64,000 nt of DNA from Coriobacteriia bacterium (GTDB taxonomy: Bacteria; Actinomycetota; Coriobacteriia; Anaerosomatales; JBAZZO01): positions 2,360 to 66,359 of the forward strand of contig JBAZZO010000010.1 in NCBI GenBank assembly GCA_041658765.1, in the 5' to 3' direction. Within the stretch, counting starts at the first letter, position 1. Every line of letters begins with the position of its first letter. The notes below the pieces were generated by a model. The model saw only the letters and a list, made by a program, of their open reading frames with translations, had not been told where the DNA came from and ran no database searches. The position numbers and the translations under genes were made by a program. Positions 25,022-34,328 of the stretch are shown here, in pieces.

Positions 25022-27186
25022 GCTCCTCCTTCCTGACCCGCACCCGGGTTTAGGACCAACGACTTCGTCCGATATCGGAACGGTGAGAACGGCTTTCCTC
25101 CGCCCTCGTAGAACTTGCTGAAGAACTCGACGAACTGCAGGCGCGCCGGGTGCACGAACGCGCCGAGCAGGTTGATCACCACGTTGAACGTGTGGCCGAC
25201 GAGCAGCAGCGCGACCCCCGCGACGATGCCCACGATGGTCGCGACGACCCCTCCCCGGATCGACCACAACATGCCGGTGAGGATATTGAAGACCATGCCG
25301 ACGAGCATGCCCGAGAGCCCGAGTGCGGCGAGGCGGGTGTACGAGAGGATGTCGCCGATCAGCCCCGACATCCCGTAGACCTCGTAGAGACCGCCCAAGG
25401 TGCCGAGGAACGCGGCGCGCACCGCTCGCGAAACGAACATGCCGACCAGCGTCGCCGCGAGCAGCGGCCATCCGAGCGACACCGGCACGGGGAACGCAAG
25501 CGCGAGCACCCACGCCGTGAGCAGCGCCGTCCAAGCGACCCCGGCCGCGCGGTCCCACGTCGCCGCGCCCTCGACCCGCCACGGCGCCTCGAAGACGTGG
25601 CCCTTCGCGAGGATCATCCCGGCGAGCGTGATCACCACGACCGCGACCCGCCCGGTCGGGAGCAGGAACCCCACCGGGACCGCCGCGAAGAGCAGCAGCG
25701 TCGAGAGCTGGTCGAGCACCGCCGAGTTCCAGTCGCCGTGGCGTGCGGCGTCGTAGGCGGCGATCAGCACGCCGAAGACCACCTGTGTCACGCCGAGGGC
25801 GAGGGTGATGGCGAGGAAGATCAGGAGCTGGTTGAGCGGGTCGAGCACGATGAGCGCGCGCAAGAACCCGGGAAGCAGGTCTGCCGGCGCCGCGAAATAC
25901 GACCCCGTCGGCACGCCGACGAGGATCGCGGCGACGCCGCCCATCATGAGCAGGTCCATGAAGCGCTTCACGCCCGGCGCGACGTCGAGACGCGTCTTGA
26001 TGAGCCAGGCCCCGACCATGAGGGCGACCCCGTAGCCGACGTCGCCGATGCAGATGCCGAAGAAGAGGAAGAAGAACGGCGCGAGCAGGGGCGTGGGGTC
26101 GAGACCCCCGTAGCTGGGCCTTCCGTAGAGGTCGGTGAGCGTCTCGAAGGGACGCAGGAACCACGGATTCTCGAGCTCGACCGGCGGCCGCTCCTCATCC
26201 GTCGGTTCCCGCAGGTCGATCTCGACCTCCTCGGCCAGGGGCGCGAGCGCGCGCTCGAGTCGGGGACGGGCGGACTCCGGCACCCAGCCGGAGACCACGA
26301 ACGTCCTCTCCGTCTCCGCGAACCGTTCGCGGATGGTGAGCGCCTCACGGGCCGTGGCGATCGCGTCGTCGAGCGCGACGACGTGGTCGAAGTTCTGGGC
26401 GGCCAACTCGCCGGCGCGCTTCGCCTGCGCCTCGCAGTCGTCCTCTATCGCCAGAAGCCTCGCCTCGGCCCGCGCGGACTCCTCGGCGGGATAGTCGGAC
26501 AGTCCCGCGAATCCGACCTCGGCGAAGTCCGAGGACGACAGCGCCGCGCGCACGGCTTCGAGCGACTCGCGATGGACGAGGACGGCCCATGCGGAGCGCG
26601 AGCCCACCGGGCCGAGCTCCTCGACCGTGACCTCGTCCGCGATCTCTCGCAGTCCCTGGCGGATGCGCGCGCCATCGTGCGCCGGCACCGTACCGGTGAT
26701 GAGGACCACGTGCTCGGTCCCGCGCCATTCGGCGATCTGCAGATGGAAGCCCACCCATGGGGCTAGGTCGGCGATCAGCCCGCGGAGGCGGGCGCGCTCG
26801 CGATCGAGCGAGGCCAACTTGTCGGAGATCGCCTCGCACCTTCGGTAGAGCCCCAAGAGACCCGTGTCCGGCTTCAGCCGCAGGAACTCCGCCTCGTCCA
26901 TGTGGAACTTCTCGCTCACGAACGAGGAGAACGGCTGTTCCGACGACCGATACTTGGACAGGAACGTGCGCAAGAAGTGGACGTCGGCCGCGTACTCGTC
27001 GAGACGCCGCAGACGCTCGTCGCCGGGCGCCGACGTGACGGCCGGCAACTCCTCGGCGTCCTCGCCGTGCGTGACCGGCTCGGCGGTGACCTCGATGACG
27101 CCCGCGCGCTGGAGCCGCGCCACCACGTCGTCGAGACGCGCCCGGTGCGCGAAGATGGTGACTCGCATCATCGTCGCGACGGACAT
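25018..27186 (-). CDS. atpI: V/A-type ATP synthase subunit I (a)
   Basis: Track ORF, 722 aa. Soluble N-terminal half (MMRVTIFAHRARLDDVVARLQRAGVIEV) plus a multi-TM C-terminal half. Confidence 0.85.
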   Translation of the reverse strand: MSVATMMRVTIFAHRARLDDVVARLQRAGVIEVTAEPVTHGEDAEELPAVTSAPGDERLRRLDEYAADVHFLRTFLSKYRSSEQPFSSFVSEKFHMDEAEFLRLKPDTGLLGLYRRCEAISDKLASLDRERARLRGLIADLAPWVGFHLQIAEWRGTEHVVLITGTVPAHDGARIRQGLREIADEVTVEELGPVGSRSAWAVLVHRESLEAVRAALSSSDFAEVGFAGLSDYPAEESARAEARLLAIEDDCEAQAKRAGELAAQNFDHVVALDDAIATAREALTIRERFAETERTFVVSGWVPESARPRLERALAPLAEEVEIDLREPTDEERPPVELENPWFLRPFETLTDLYGRPSYGGLDPTPLLAPFFFLFFGICIGDVGYGVALMVGAWLIKTRLDVAPGVKRFMDLLMMGGVAAILVGVPTGSYFAAPADLLPGFLRALIVLDPLNQLLIFLAITLALGVTQVVFGVLIAAYDAARHGDWNSAVLDQLSTLLLFAAVPVGFLLPTGRVAVVVITLAGMILAKGHVFEAPWRVEGAATWDRAAGVAWTALLTAWVLALAFPVPVSLGWPLLAATLVGMFVSRAVRAAFLGTLGGLYEVYGMSGLIGDILSYTRLAALGLSGMLVGMVFNILTGMLWSIRGGVVATIVGIVAGVALLLVGHTFNVVINLLGAFVHPARLQFVEFFSKFYEGGGKPFSPFRYRTKSLVLNPGAGQEGGA

Positions 27187-27188
27187 CG

Positions 27189-27494
27189 TCAGTCCGTCAG
27201 TCCGTGCACGACCGCGTCGAGTGCCGCGGGCACGCGGGTCTTCGCCGAGGCGAGCAGATCGGTCCGCTCGCGCTCGCCGGCGGAGACGATGTCCTCCGCC
27301 TGGGAAGCCGCCTCTCGCGCCGCCCGCTCGCGCAGGCCGGACGCCTCCGCGAGTGCCGACGCCCTCTCGCGCTCGATGAGGGCGGCCGCCTCAGCGCGAG
27401 CTTCCGCGACGATGCGGGCTGCATCCTCGCCGGCATCGCGGAGCAGGACCCTGCCTTCTTCCTCGGCGTGCAGGATGCTCTCTAGCTTCTCCAT
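27189..27494 (-). CDS. V/A-type ATP synthase peripheral-stalk subunit (G/H-like)
   Basis: Track ORF, 101 aa, an entirely Ala/Glu/Arg-rich helix. It is the first gene of the operon, ending 2 nt before atpI, matching the G-I-K-E-C-F-A-B-D order known from Thermus. Confidence 0.5.
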   Translation of the reverse strand: MEKLESILHAEEEGRVLLRDAGEDAARIVAEARAEAAALIERERASALAEASGLRERAAREAASQAEDIVSAGERERTDLLASAKTRVPAALDAVVHGLTD

Positions 27495-27625
27495 CCGGTC
27501 CCCCTTGCAGGTATCCGGCGGTCCCCCGGTCCGCTCGCACGACCGACCGCCGACGCCGATTGGCGTAGTATACTCGTTTTCGGTCTGTCCCCCCGCGCTT
27601 TCGCGCCTGTCTTCTTCGCGAGCCT

Positions 27626-28840
27626 ATGCCCCCCACAGTCGAGACCCGCACGGCCCGCCACGCCTCACGCCGCCGTCGCACCCGGGCGGCCCTGGTCCTC
27701 ACCCTTCTATCGATGGCTATCGTCATCGGCCTCGGCTCCTTGGCCTGGGCGCGCCGCAGCCGTGGCCCCACGCCCGACGCCGCGCCTCCCGTCTCGCGCG
27801 CCGCATCGCCGACACCCTCTCCCGCGTCGTCCACCGTCTCGCATCCGACGAGCGCTCCGGTGACGGCGCCGGTACCCGCCGTTGCGGCGACACTGACGGT
27901 CGCCGGGGTCGGAGACATGATCTTCGACCGCAACGTCGCCCTGCTCGTGCGCGACCGTGGGGGCGCGGCCCCGCTCGCGAGCGTCGCCGGGCTCCTCGCC
28001 CGCGCGGACGTGACGGCCGGCAACCTCGAGAGCCCGCTCTCGGTCCGCGGAGAGAGGTTCCCGGGCAAGGACGTCACCTTCCGCGGGGATCCCCGCGCGG
28101 TCGCGGGACTGCGCGCGGCCGGGTTCGACTTCATCTCGCTCGCGAACAACCACGTCCTCGACTACGGCGGCATCGCCCTGACGGACACCGTCTCGACGCT
28201 CGACGAGGCCGGGATCGCGCACGCCGGAGCAGGGGCCGACTCGGCCGCCGCACGGCGACCGGCTCTTGTGAGCCGCCGCGGCGCCAGAGTCGCCTACCTC
28301 GCCTTCAGCCACGTGCTGCCGCCGGGGTTCGTCGCCGACGCGGACAGCCCCGGGCTCGCGCCGGGACGGGGACGCCCCGGCGAGGTCGCCGCCGCCGTTC
28401 GGGCGGCGAAGCGGCGCGCCGACTACGTCGTCGTCTCCTTCCACTGGGGGGTCGAGTACAGTCCCGACGCGACGGCCGAACAGGTGCGGGACGCCCGCAG
28501 GGCCATCGACGCCGGGGCCGACCTCGTGCTCGCACACCACCCCCACGTCATCCAGGGCGTCGAGAGGTACCACGGCGGGCTGATCGCCTACTCTCTGGGC
28601 GACTTCGTCTTCGACCACTACTCCCGCGAGACCGGCGAGGCGTTCGTCCTCACCGCCGAGGTCGGTCCGAGCGGGGTCGGGTCGGTCGGGATCGTCCCGG
28701 TCTACCTCGACGGCCACGGCGCGCCGGCCGTCGTCACCGGCACCGCCGCGCAGAGGATCCTCGAGCGCCTTCGCCGGCTGAGCGCCGCGCGCGGGACCCG
28801 GATCGTCATCTCCGGCGACCGCGCCGAGGTCGCGCGATGA
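27626..28840 (+). CDS. CapA-family (PGA_cap metallophosphatase-like) membrane-anchored protein
   Basis: Track ORF, 404 aa. N-terminal TM, a P/S/T linker, then GDMIFDR...NLESPL...ISLANNHVLDYG...SFHWGVEY...LAHHPHVIQG, the CapA pattern. Confidence 0.8.
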   Translation: MPPTVETRTARHASRRRRTRAALVLTLLSMAIVIGLGSLAWARRSRGPTPDAAPPVSRAASPTPSPASSTVSHPTSAPVTAPVPAVAATLTVAGVGDMIFDRNVALLVRDRGGAAPLASVAGLLARADVTAGNLESPLSVRGERFPGKDVTFRGDPRAVAGLRAAGFDFISLANNHVLDYGGIALTDTVSTLDEAGIAHAGAGADSAAARRPALVSRRGARVAYLAFSHVLPPGFVADADSPGLAPGRGRPGEVAAAVRAAKRRADYVVVSFHWGVEYSPDATAEQVRDARRAIDAGADLVLAHHPHVIQGVERYHGGLIAYSLGDFVFDHYSRETGEAFVLTAEVGPSGVGSVGIVPVYLDGHGAPAVVTGTAAQRILERLRRLSAARGTRIVISGDRAEVAR

Positions 28841-29676
28841 ACGAGACCCCGCTCCCCCGCGTGCAGCCCCGCAAGGCCCGGCGTCCCGAGCCGTTCGTGA
28901 TCGCCGCGTGCGTGGTGCTCGCGCTCGGCGGCGGCGCGCTCGTCCTCACCCGTCTTCCCTCGAAGCCACCGCGTCCGGCGCGAGCGGCACGAGCGGTAGT
29001 GAGCCGTGCTGCGACCGGCGCCGTGGTCGTCGAGACCATCGAGACGCCGACACCGCTGTTCGCGACGTACCGCAGCCTCCCCCTGCGCCTGCCCGTCCGC
29101 CCACAGGACGTCACGCGCATCGCATACCACCAGGCTTCGGGGAAGAACGTGTTCCCGATCACCTCGCTCCTGCCCGAAGCGGGAGCGCCGCGTGGCGCCC
29201 TCGCGACGGTGACGCCCGCGACGGACGCGGCGGAGGTCTACGGGGCTGAGCAGGACGACCCCGCGGTCCTCCGCGGTGACGTCCTCAGGCTCTGGCGGAG
29301 CGGCAGGCGCGGCTTCCCGGACACCGCGGCGGACGTGGGCGCGGACGCGGGCACCCCCGTCTACTCGCCCGTGAGCGGCAAGGTCCTCGCCGTCCACCCG
29401 TACAAGCTCTACGACCGCTGGCCCGACGTCGAGGTCCATATCCAGCCGGACGGCTGGCCGGAGGTGGACGTGGTGCTGATCCACATCACCGGCGTCAGAG
29501 TCCGGGCCGGGGAACGGGTCGATGCCGGGACGACACGGATAGCGGCAGTGCGGCTCCTCTCGAACCGGGTCCACCACCAGCTGGCGGGATACACCGACAA
29601 CGGCGGCGACCACGTGCACGTGCAGCTGAACCGCATGCGGGTCCCCGGACGGATCGAGCGCATCGGCGGCTCGTAG
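28837..29676 (+). CDS. membrane-anchored M23/LytM-like domain protein (possibly degenerate active site)
   Basis: C-terminal 279 codons of track ORF 26902..29676, starting at ATG 28837 (ATGA overlap with capA). GTPVYSPVSGKVLAV...GDHVHVQL resembles the M23 core (HxH present). I did not find the first HxxxD His. Confidence 0.45.
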   Translation: MNETPLPRVQPRKARRPEPFVIAACVVLALGGGALVLTRLPSKPPRPARAARAVVSRAATGAVVVETIETPTPLFATYRSLPLRLPVRPQDVTRIAYHQASGKNVFPITSLLPEAGAPRGALATVTPATDAAEVYGAEQDDPAVLRGDVLRLWRSGRRGFPDTAADVGADAGTPVYSPVSGKVLAVHPYKLYDRWPDVEVHIQPDGWPEVDVVLIHITGVRVRAGERVDAGTTRIAAVRLLSNRVHHQLAGYTDNGGDHVHVQLNRMRVPGRIERIGGS

Positions 29677-29683
29677 CGCGACC

Positions 29684-29896
29684 CTACTCGGCGCCTTCGC
29701 CCGCTCGACGCAGGTAGCCGCGGAACCGGCGGTCGAAGTCGTATCGCAGCAGCCGCACCTTGCGGCCACAGCCGAGGCACGCCAACCCGATGTCCATCCC
29801 CACGCGCCAGACCTCCCACTCGTTCGCGCCGCACGGGTGGGCCTTCTTCAGCTTCACGACGTCGCCGGAGCGAACGGGCGTTATCGGGACGGGCAT
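29684..29896 (-). CDS. DUF951-family small protein
   Basis: C-terminal 70 codons of track ORF 29684..31729. GDVVKLKKAHPCGANEWEVWRVGMDIGLACLGCGRKVRL is the DUF951 pattern with a CxxxxxW...CxxC. Confidence 0.7.
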   Translation of the reverse strand: MPVPITPVRSGDVVKLKKAHPCGANEWEVWRVGMDIGLACLGCGRKVRLLRYDFDRRFRGYLRRAGEGAE

Positions 29897-30001
29897 CCGT
29901 ATCCTCCGCTTGAGGGAGCCGTTACTAGAGTATAGCCTGTGGGGACACGTCACCCGCCTTCGGCGCGCCGCGCCGGTGAGTCGACCGAGGAGGCATCCCC
30001 C

Positions 30002-30277
30002 ATGCAGACACGCGCCATACTTTCGGTGCTCGGCGAGGACCGCGTCGGGATCGTCGCGGGCGTCTCGGCCGCGCTCGCCGAGACCGGCTCCAACATCGAG
30101 GACATCCGGCAGACGATCATCTCGGGGGTCTTCTCCATGACGATGCTCGTCACGGTGGACGAGGACCGCACCCCGTTCGACGGGGTCCAGGCGCGCCTCG
30201 CCGCCGTCGCGGGCGAGCTCGGCCTGCAGATAACGCTCCAGCGGGAGGACGTCTTCCGCTACATGCACCGCGTGTAG
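30002..30277 (+). CDS. ACT-domain protein (UPF0237 family)
   Basis: Track ORF 29939..30277 trimmed to ATG 30002. AILSVLGEDRVGIVAGVSAALAETGSNIEDI is an ACT fold. It pairs with the downstream UPF0210 gene. Confidence 0.8.
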   Translation: MQTRAILSVLGEDRVGIVAGVSAALAETGSNIEDIRQTIISGVFSMTMLVTVDEDRTPFDGVQARLAAVAGELGLQITLQREDVFRYMHRV

Positions 30278-30286
30278 GGGGAGAGC

Positions 30287-31651
30287 ATGCAGATCAGCCC
30301 GGAGGAGATCCGCGAGACGCTGCTGATGATCACACAGCAGCACCTCGACATCCGCACGGTGACGCTCGGCATCTCGCTGATGGACTGCGCGACCGACTCG
30401 CTGCCCGAGATGGCGCGGCGCGTCTACGACCGCCTCACCGCGCGTGCCGCGAGGCTCGTGCCGGTGGCCGAGGCCCTCGAGCGCGAGTACGGGATCCCCA
30501 TCGTCAACAAGCGCATCTCCGTCACGCCCGCCGCGCATCTTGCGGCCGCTTGCCGCGAGGAGGACCTCACGCCTCTCGCCGAGGCGATGGACCGCGCCGC
30601 GAGCGAGGTCGGCGTCGACTTCATCGGCGGCTTCTCCGCGCTCGTGCACAAGGGCGTCGGCGACGGCGACCGCCGGCTCATCGACAGCATCCCGCGCGCT
30701 CTCGCGGCGACCCAGCGCGTCTGCTCGTCCGTGAACGTCGCCTCCACGCGCGCCGGGATCAACATGGACGCCGTCCTGCGCATGGCCGAGGTCGTGAAGG
30801 AGGCCGCCGCTCTCACCGCCGAGCGGGACGCGATCGGCTGCGCGAAGCTCGTCGTCTTCTGCAACATGGTCGAGGACAACCCGTTCATGGCGGGCGCCGT
30901 CCACGGCTCGGGCGAAGGGGACGCCGTCGTCAACGTGGGCATCTCGGGCCCCGGCGCGGTGCGCGCCGTCGTGCGCGCCCTTCCCGAGGACGCGGACCTC
31001 ACCACGGTAGCCGAGGCGATCAAGGCCACGTCGTTCAAGATCACCCGCGCCGGCGAGCTCATCGCTCGCGAGGCGGCGAAGCGCCTCGGCGTCGCGATGG
31101 GCATCGTCGACCTCTCGCTCGCGCCGACCCCCGCGGAGGGCGACAGTGTCGCCGACATCATCGAAGCCATCGGCGTGAAGCGGTGCGGCGGCCCCGGCAC
31201 GACCACCGCGCTCGCGCTCCTCAACGACGCCGTCAAGAAGGGCGGCGCGATGGGCACGAGCAGCATCGGGGGCCTCTCCGGCGCGTTCATCCCGGTCTCG
31301 GAGGACGCGGGGATGATCCGGGCGGTCGAGTCGGGCGCGCTGACCATCGAGAAGCTCGAAGCGATGACGAGCGTGTGCTCGGTCGGCCTCGACATGATCG
31401 CCGTGCCGGGCGACACCACGGTGGAGACCATCGCCGCCGTCATCTCGGACGTCTGCGCCATCGGCGTCATCAACCACAAGACGACCGCGGCCCGCCTGAT
31501 CCCGGCGCCCGGCAAGAGCGTCGGCGACCGCGTCGAGTTCGGCGGCCTCCTCGGCGCCGCGCCGGTGATGGCCGTCAACGGCTGGGCGGGCAGCGTGCTC
31601 GCGCACCGCGGCGGACGCTTCCCGGCCCCCTTGGGCAGCCTCCGCAACTGA
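30287..31651 (+). CDS. UPF0210/PFL-like (DUF711) family protein
   Basis: Track ORF, 454 aa. [28 protein letters not shown] is the conserved N-terminus of the UPF0210 family. This is its classic pairing with the ACT protein. Confidence 0.85.
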   Translation: MQISPEEIRETLLMITQQHLDIRTVTLGISLMDCATDSLPEMARRVYDRLTARAARLVPVAEALEREYGIPIVNKRISVTPAAHLAAACREEDLTPLAEAMDRAASEVGVDFIGGFSALVHKGVGDGDRRLIDSIPRALAATQRVCSSVNVASTRAGINMDAVLRMAEVVKEAAALTAERDAIGCAKLVVFCNMVEDNPFMAGAVHGSGEGDAVVNVGISGPGAVRAVVRALPEDADLTTVAEAIKATSFKITRAGELIAREAAKRLGVAMGIVDLSLAPTPAEGDSVADIIEAIGVKRCGGPGTTTALALLNDAVKKGGAMGTSSIGGLSGAFIPVSEDAGMIRAVESGALTIEKLEAMTSVCSVGLDMIAVPGDTTVETIAAVISDVCAIGVINHKTTAARLIPAPGKSVGDRVEFGGLLGAAPVMAVNGWAGSVLAHRGGRFPAPLGSLRN

Positions 31652-31762
31652 GGGCCAGGCCCATCTCCTTCCACACCGTCTGTCGCCGGAGCGTCCGCTC
31701 GTCGGCGTTCGCGGCATACATTGTGCCACCCGTCACGGTATCTTGCCGAACGGCGGAACAGC

Positions 31763-31778
31763 ACCCGTATATACGGGT
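31763..31778. promoter_or_regulatory. perfect 16-bp palindrome upstream of the secreted-protein locus
   Basis: ACCCGTATATACGGGT lies ~95 nt upstream of gene A. The half-site CACCCGT recurs at 31727-33. An 8-bp-stem hairpin ACGCACCC-acc-GGGTGCGT (31832-50) abuts the SD. Confidence 0.3.
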
Positions 31779-31872
31779 CGTGGCTCGCTTGATGCACTAG
31801 TGGGGTCCAGCACGCCAAAGAAAGCTTGCAGACGCACCCACCGGGTGCGTGCCCCACAAGGAGGGAACGGAC

Positions 31873-32283
31873 ATGAAGAGAGCCCTGCTGGTCGCCACGG
31901 TGGTCGCCGTCGCGATGTTCGGAATCGTCGCGTTCGCGATGGCAGCCAACCCGGAGAGCGTGGCGGTCACGGCGTTCGCCAACCCGAAGATCACGATGAC
32001 CGTCTCCACCACCACGGTCGACTTCGGCAACGTCGACCCGGGAGTGGCCCAGGCGACGAAGAACGTCTCGCTCAACGTCGACTCGAACAAGGACTTCACC
32101 GTGACGAAGAACAAGACCGCCGACGCCGCGATGGGGCTCACCACCTCCCTCGGGCTCTCGACCGCCGGCACCAAGGGCGCGGGGAACGCGTTCACCGACA
32201 CCTACGGCTTGACGCTCCCGTGGTCGGTCAGCGCGAGCAGCACGGCCAACACGACGATCGTCTACACCGCGGCGCAGAACTAG
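31873..32283 (+). CDS. small secreted beta-rich protein A (putative major surface/fibre subunit)
   Basis: Track ORF 31849..32283 trimmed to ATG 31873 (AAGGAGGG SD). Signal peptide MKRALLVATVVAVAMFGIVAFAMA|A. The mature ~112 aa are T/S/N/V-rich with no Cys. It is a paralog of B. Confidence 0.6.
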   Translation: MKRALLVATVVAVAMFGIVAFAMAANPESVAVTAFANPKITMTVSTTTVDFGNVDPGVAQATKNVSLNVDSNKDFTVTKNKTADAAMGLTTSLGLSTAGTKGAGNAFTDTYGLTLPWSVSASSTANTTIVYTAAQN

Positions 32284-32307
32284 CCCGCGCAGTACCTACC
32301 TCTCCCC

Positions 32308-32341
32308 GGACGCCCGCTCCCGCTTCTCGGGGCGGGCGTCC
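32308..32341 (+). terminator. GC-rich hairpin after gene A (attenuator/partial terminator candidate)
   Basis: GGACGCCCGC (32308-17) pairs with GCGGGCGTCC (32332-41), a 10-bp stem starting 25 nt after the stop of gene A. There is no clear U-tract. Confidence 0.35.
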
Positions 32342-32413
32342 GTGCGCGTGGAAGCCCGATGGCGGATACTTGTCCGCGAGGTCGCGATGGACTCGAGCAT
32401 GGGAGGTGACCAG

Positions 32414-32818
32414 GTGGGCTGGAAGCCGGTTCTGGCGCTCGCCGCGCTTCTCGCGTTCGCCGCCGCAGTGCCGCCGGCCCAGGCCGGCGTGGTCTCCTCC
32501 GCGGCCACGGGTCAGCTCACCGTCTCCGTCACCCCCACCTCATGGGCGGTCGGCTCGCTCGACCCCGGCAAGAGCGCCACGGCCACCGTCCAACTCTCGG
32601 TCACGTACAACAACGCGTACACCATCACCCGGGATGTGATCGAGAGCTCTCCGGAGACGATGGGGCTGTCGGTCAGCGGTCCCGGCGTGGGCGCGAAGCC
32701 CAGGACCGGCCCGCCGACCCGCACGTACACGGACACCGTCGTGGTCGCGATGCCTTGGACGGCGACGCCCGGCTCGTCTCACGCCGGCTCGATCCGCTAC
32801 ACCGTCGTCCCCCAGTAG
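32414..32818 (+). CDS. small secreted protein B (paralog of A)
   Basis: Track ORF 32342..32818. I prefer GTG 32414 (GGGAGGTG SD 5 nt upstream); ATG 32387 is an alternative. Signal peptide ..WKPVLALAALLAFAAAVPPAQA|G. It shares ..TV(S)V...(G)S(L)DPG.. and YTDT....MPWT....I.YTV with A. Confidence 0.55.
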   Translation: MGWKPVLALAALLAFAAAVPPAQAGVVSSAATGQLTVSVTPTSWAVGSLDPGKSATATVQLSVTYNNAYTITRDVIESSPETMGLSVSGPGVGAKPRTGPPTRTYTDTVVVAMPWTATPGSSHAGSIRYTVVPQ

Positions 32819-32994
32819 CGTCCTGGCGCTATCGCCCGCATCTCGCATCGTCCCGCCGAACGGTCGCCTCCGAGCGACCGCTCGTCGTTTCGTCGCGCTA
32901 GAATGACCGCTCCGCGCTAATCTCAGCCGTTCGTCTGCCGATAGGAGAGTGTGTAAGGATGAGCGGATAACCTGGTCTCGGGGAGGTGCGAGCG

Positions 32995-33291
32995 ATGCGG
33001 AGGACGCGGGTCACGACGGTCGTGGTGCTCGCTCTCGCACTGGCGCTCGGCACCGTGCCGTCCGCCATCGCCTCTTCCGCCGGTTCGGTCTCCGTCTCCG
33101 CGACGATCCGCCCTAGCGCCGTCTTCCGCCTCACCGACACCGCCGTGCTCGTGCGGGCCAACGCCGGGTGGCACCTCACCCTGGAGACCCCGCAGGGCGC
33201 GCGCACCGTGGAGGGTGCGCCGACATCGGGAGAGTGGAAGAACATCCCGCTGCCGGCCGGTTCGACCGGCTTCGCGCTCGCGCTCGACTAG
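32995..33291 (+). CDS. small secreted protein C
   Basis: Track ORF 32986..33291 trimmed to ATG 32995 (GGAGG SD 8 nt upstream). Signal peptide ..VVVLALALALGTVPSAIASS. The mature ~70 aa contain ANAGWHLTLE. The stop overlaps the stop of the convergent gene. Confidence 0.5.
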   Translation: MRRTRVTTVVVLALALALGTVPSAIASSAGSVSVSATIRPSAVFRLTDTAVLVRANAGWHLTLETPQGARTVEGAPTSGEWKNIPLPAGSTGFALALD

Positions 33292-34328
33292 GAGATCCCC
33301 CCGCCCGCCTGCTCGGCCTTGCGCGCGCGCTTCTCCGCTTGCCTGGCGGCGGATCTCACCGCGCCGCGCCACGCCAGCCACAAGGCCAGCCCCCCGGCCA
33401 CGACCGAGACGGCGACGGCAAGCCACAGCGGCACCACCCAGACCGTGCGCGTCTTCCTCACCTCGACGGGCAGCTCGCCGGGAGCGGCACCCTCCCGCGC
33501 GTACGACACGACCAGACGTACGGTGTATCGCCCGGGAGCGAGACCGCGAAGTCCCAGCTTCCCCGAGCGTTCGATGTTCGTCCCCGCGTACACGGGCGAC
33601 GACTCCAGCACACCCCGCCGGACGCGCTCCACTTCGTTGCCGTCCCAGACCGTGAGGGAACCGTCGACCACGGTGTCGACGTTGCCCAGGTTGTACACGT
33701 CGAAGACGTAGGGAAGCCTGTCGCCTATCAGCAGGTTGCGCACCACGAACGGCCGCACTTCGATACGCTGCGCGACGACGCCCTCGACGCGGAAGCGGAT
33801 CCGGGCGCCGAGACGGCCGGCGACGTTCGACGAGACACCGGGACTGTCCTTCGGCAGGTCGAACATCTCGAAGAAGAGGAGCACCTGATGGTCGCCGGGG
33901 GCCACGCCGGCGGGGACGGTGAACGAGAACTCCACCGGCACGCGCTGGCCGGGATCCAATTCCAGATAGGGTGTGTTGCCGATCGTCTTCGTCTGCTCGG
34001 GCACCTTGATCACGAGCCAGGACGCAGGCGAACGGAGGAACGTCTCCGGGTCGTTGCGGTCGGGAGCCACGTATCGCGGATTGCCCTTCGCGTCGACAGT
34101 CTGGTTCGCGGCATAGACGAGGACCTTTAGCGGCTCGTCTCCGTCGTTCGTCACCTCGAGCGTGCCCTCGCCCGACTGCCCCGACGCCACATGGAACTCG
34201 AACGTGCCCGTCGACAGGCCGACCGTGCGATCGGCGCGGGCGGACGGGGAGAGGGCCAGTAGGGAGAGCAGCGCCACGGTGGCCGCCGCCGCGAACCGTG
34301 CGCGGGCGGACCGGGCGGCGCGAGTCAT
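33288..34328 (-). CDS. large surface protein with signal peptide and C-terminal TM anchor (DUF916/DUF3324-like architecture)
   Basis: Track ORF, 346 aa. Signal peptide ..ATVALLSLLALSPSARA, then a beta-rich ectodomain (..YLELDPGQRVPVEFSFTVPAGVAPGDHQVLLFFE..). The C-terminal TM is VWVVPLWLAVAVSVVAGGLALWLAW, followed by a basic tail. The ATG shares 1 nt with the regulator stop. Confidence 0.6.
   Translation of the reverse strand: MTRAARSARARFAAAATVALLSLLALSPSARADRTVGLSTGTFEFHVASGQSGEGTLEVTNDGDEPLKVLVYAANQTVDAKGNPRYVAPDRNDPETFLRSPASWLVIKVPEQTKTIGNTPYLELDPGQRVPVEFSFTVPAGVAPGDHQVLLFFEMFDLPKDSPGVSSNVAGRLGARIRFRVEGVVAQRIEVRPFVVRNLLIGDRLPYVFDVYNLGNVDTVVDGSLTVWDGNEVERVRRGVLESSPVYAGTNIERSGKLGLRGLAPGRYTVRLVVSYAREGAAPGELPVEVRKTRTVWVVPLWLAVAVSVVAGGLALWLAWRGAVRSAARQAEKRARKAEQAGGGIS

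Noticed and set aside
19368-27379. Very long + strand ORFs (19368..21290, 21011..22609, 25150..26766) and out-of-frame - strand ORFs (e.g. 20110..21123, 23634..25043, 21793..22530) across the ATPase operon
   Set aside because: They have R/A/G/P/D-rich compositions typical of off-frame reading of GC-rich coding DNA. The conserved V/A-ATPase subunits fully account for the region.
29684-31857. Long reverse-strand ORFs 29684..31729 and 30424..31857 opposite the ACT/UPF0210 genes
   Set aside because: Apart from the last 70 codons (the DUF951 gene), the translations are R/A/G/D-rich shadows of the strongly conserved + strand UPF0210 gene.
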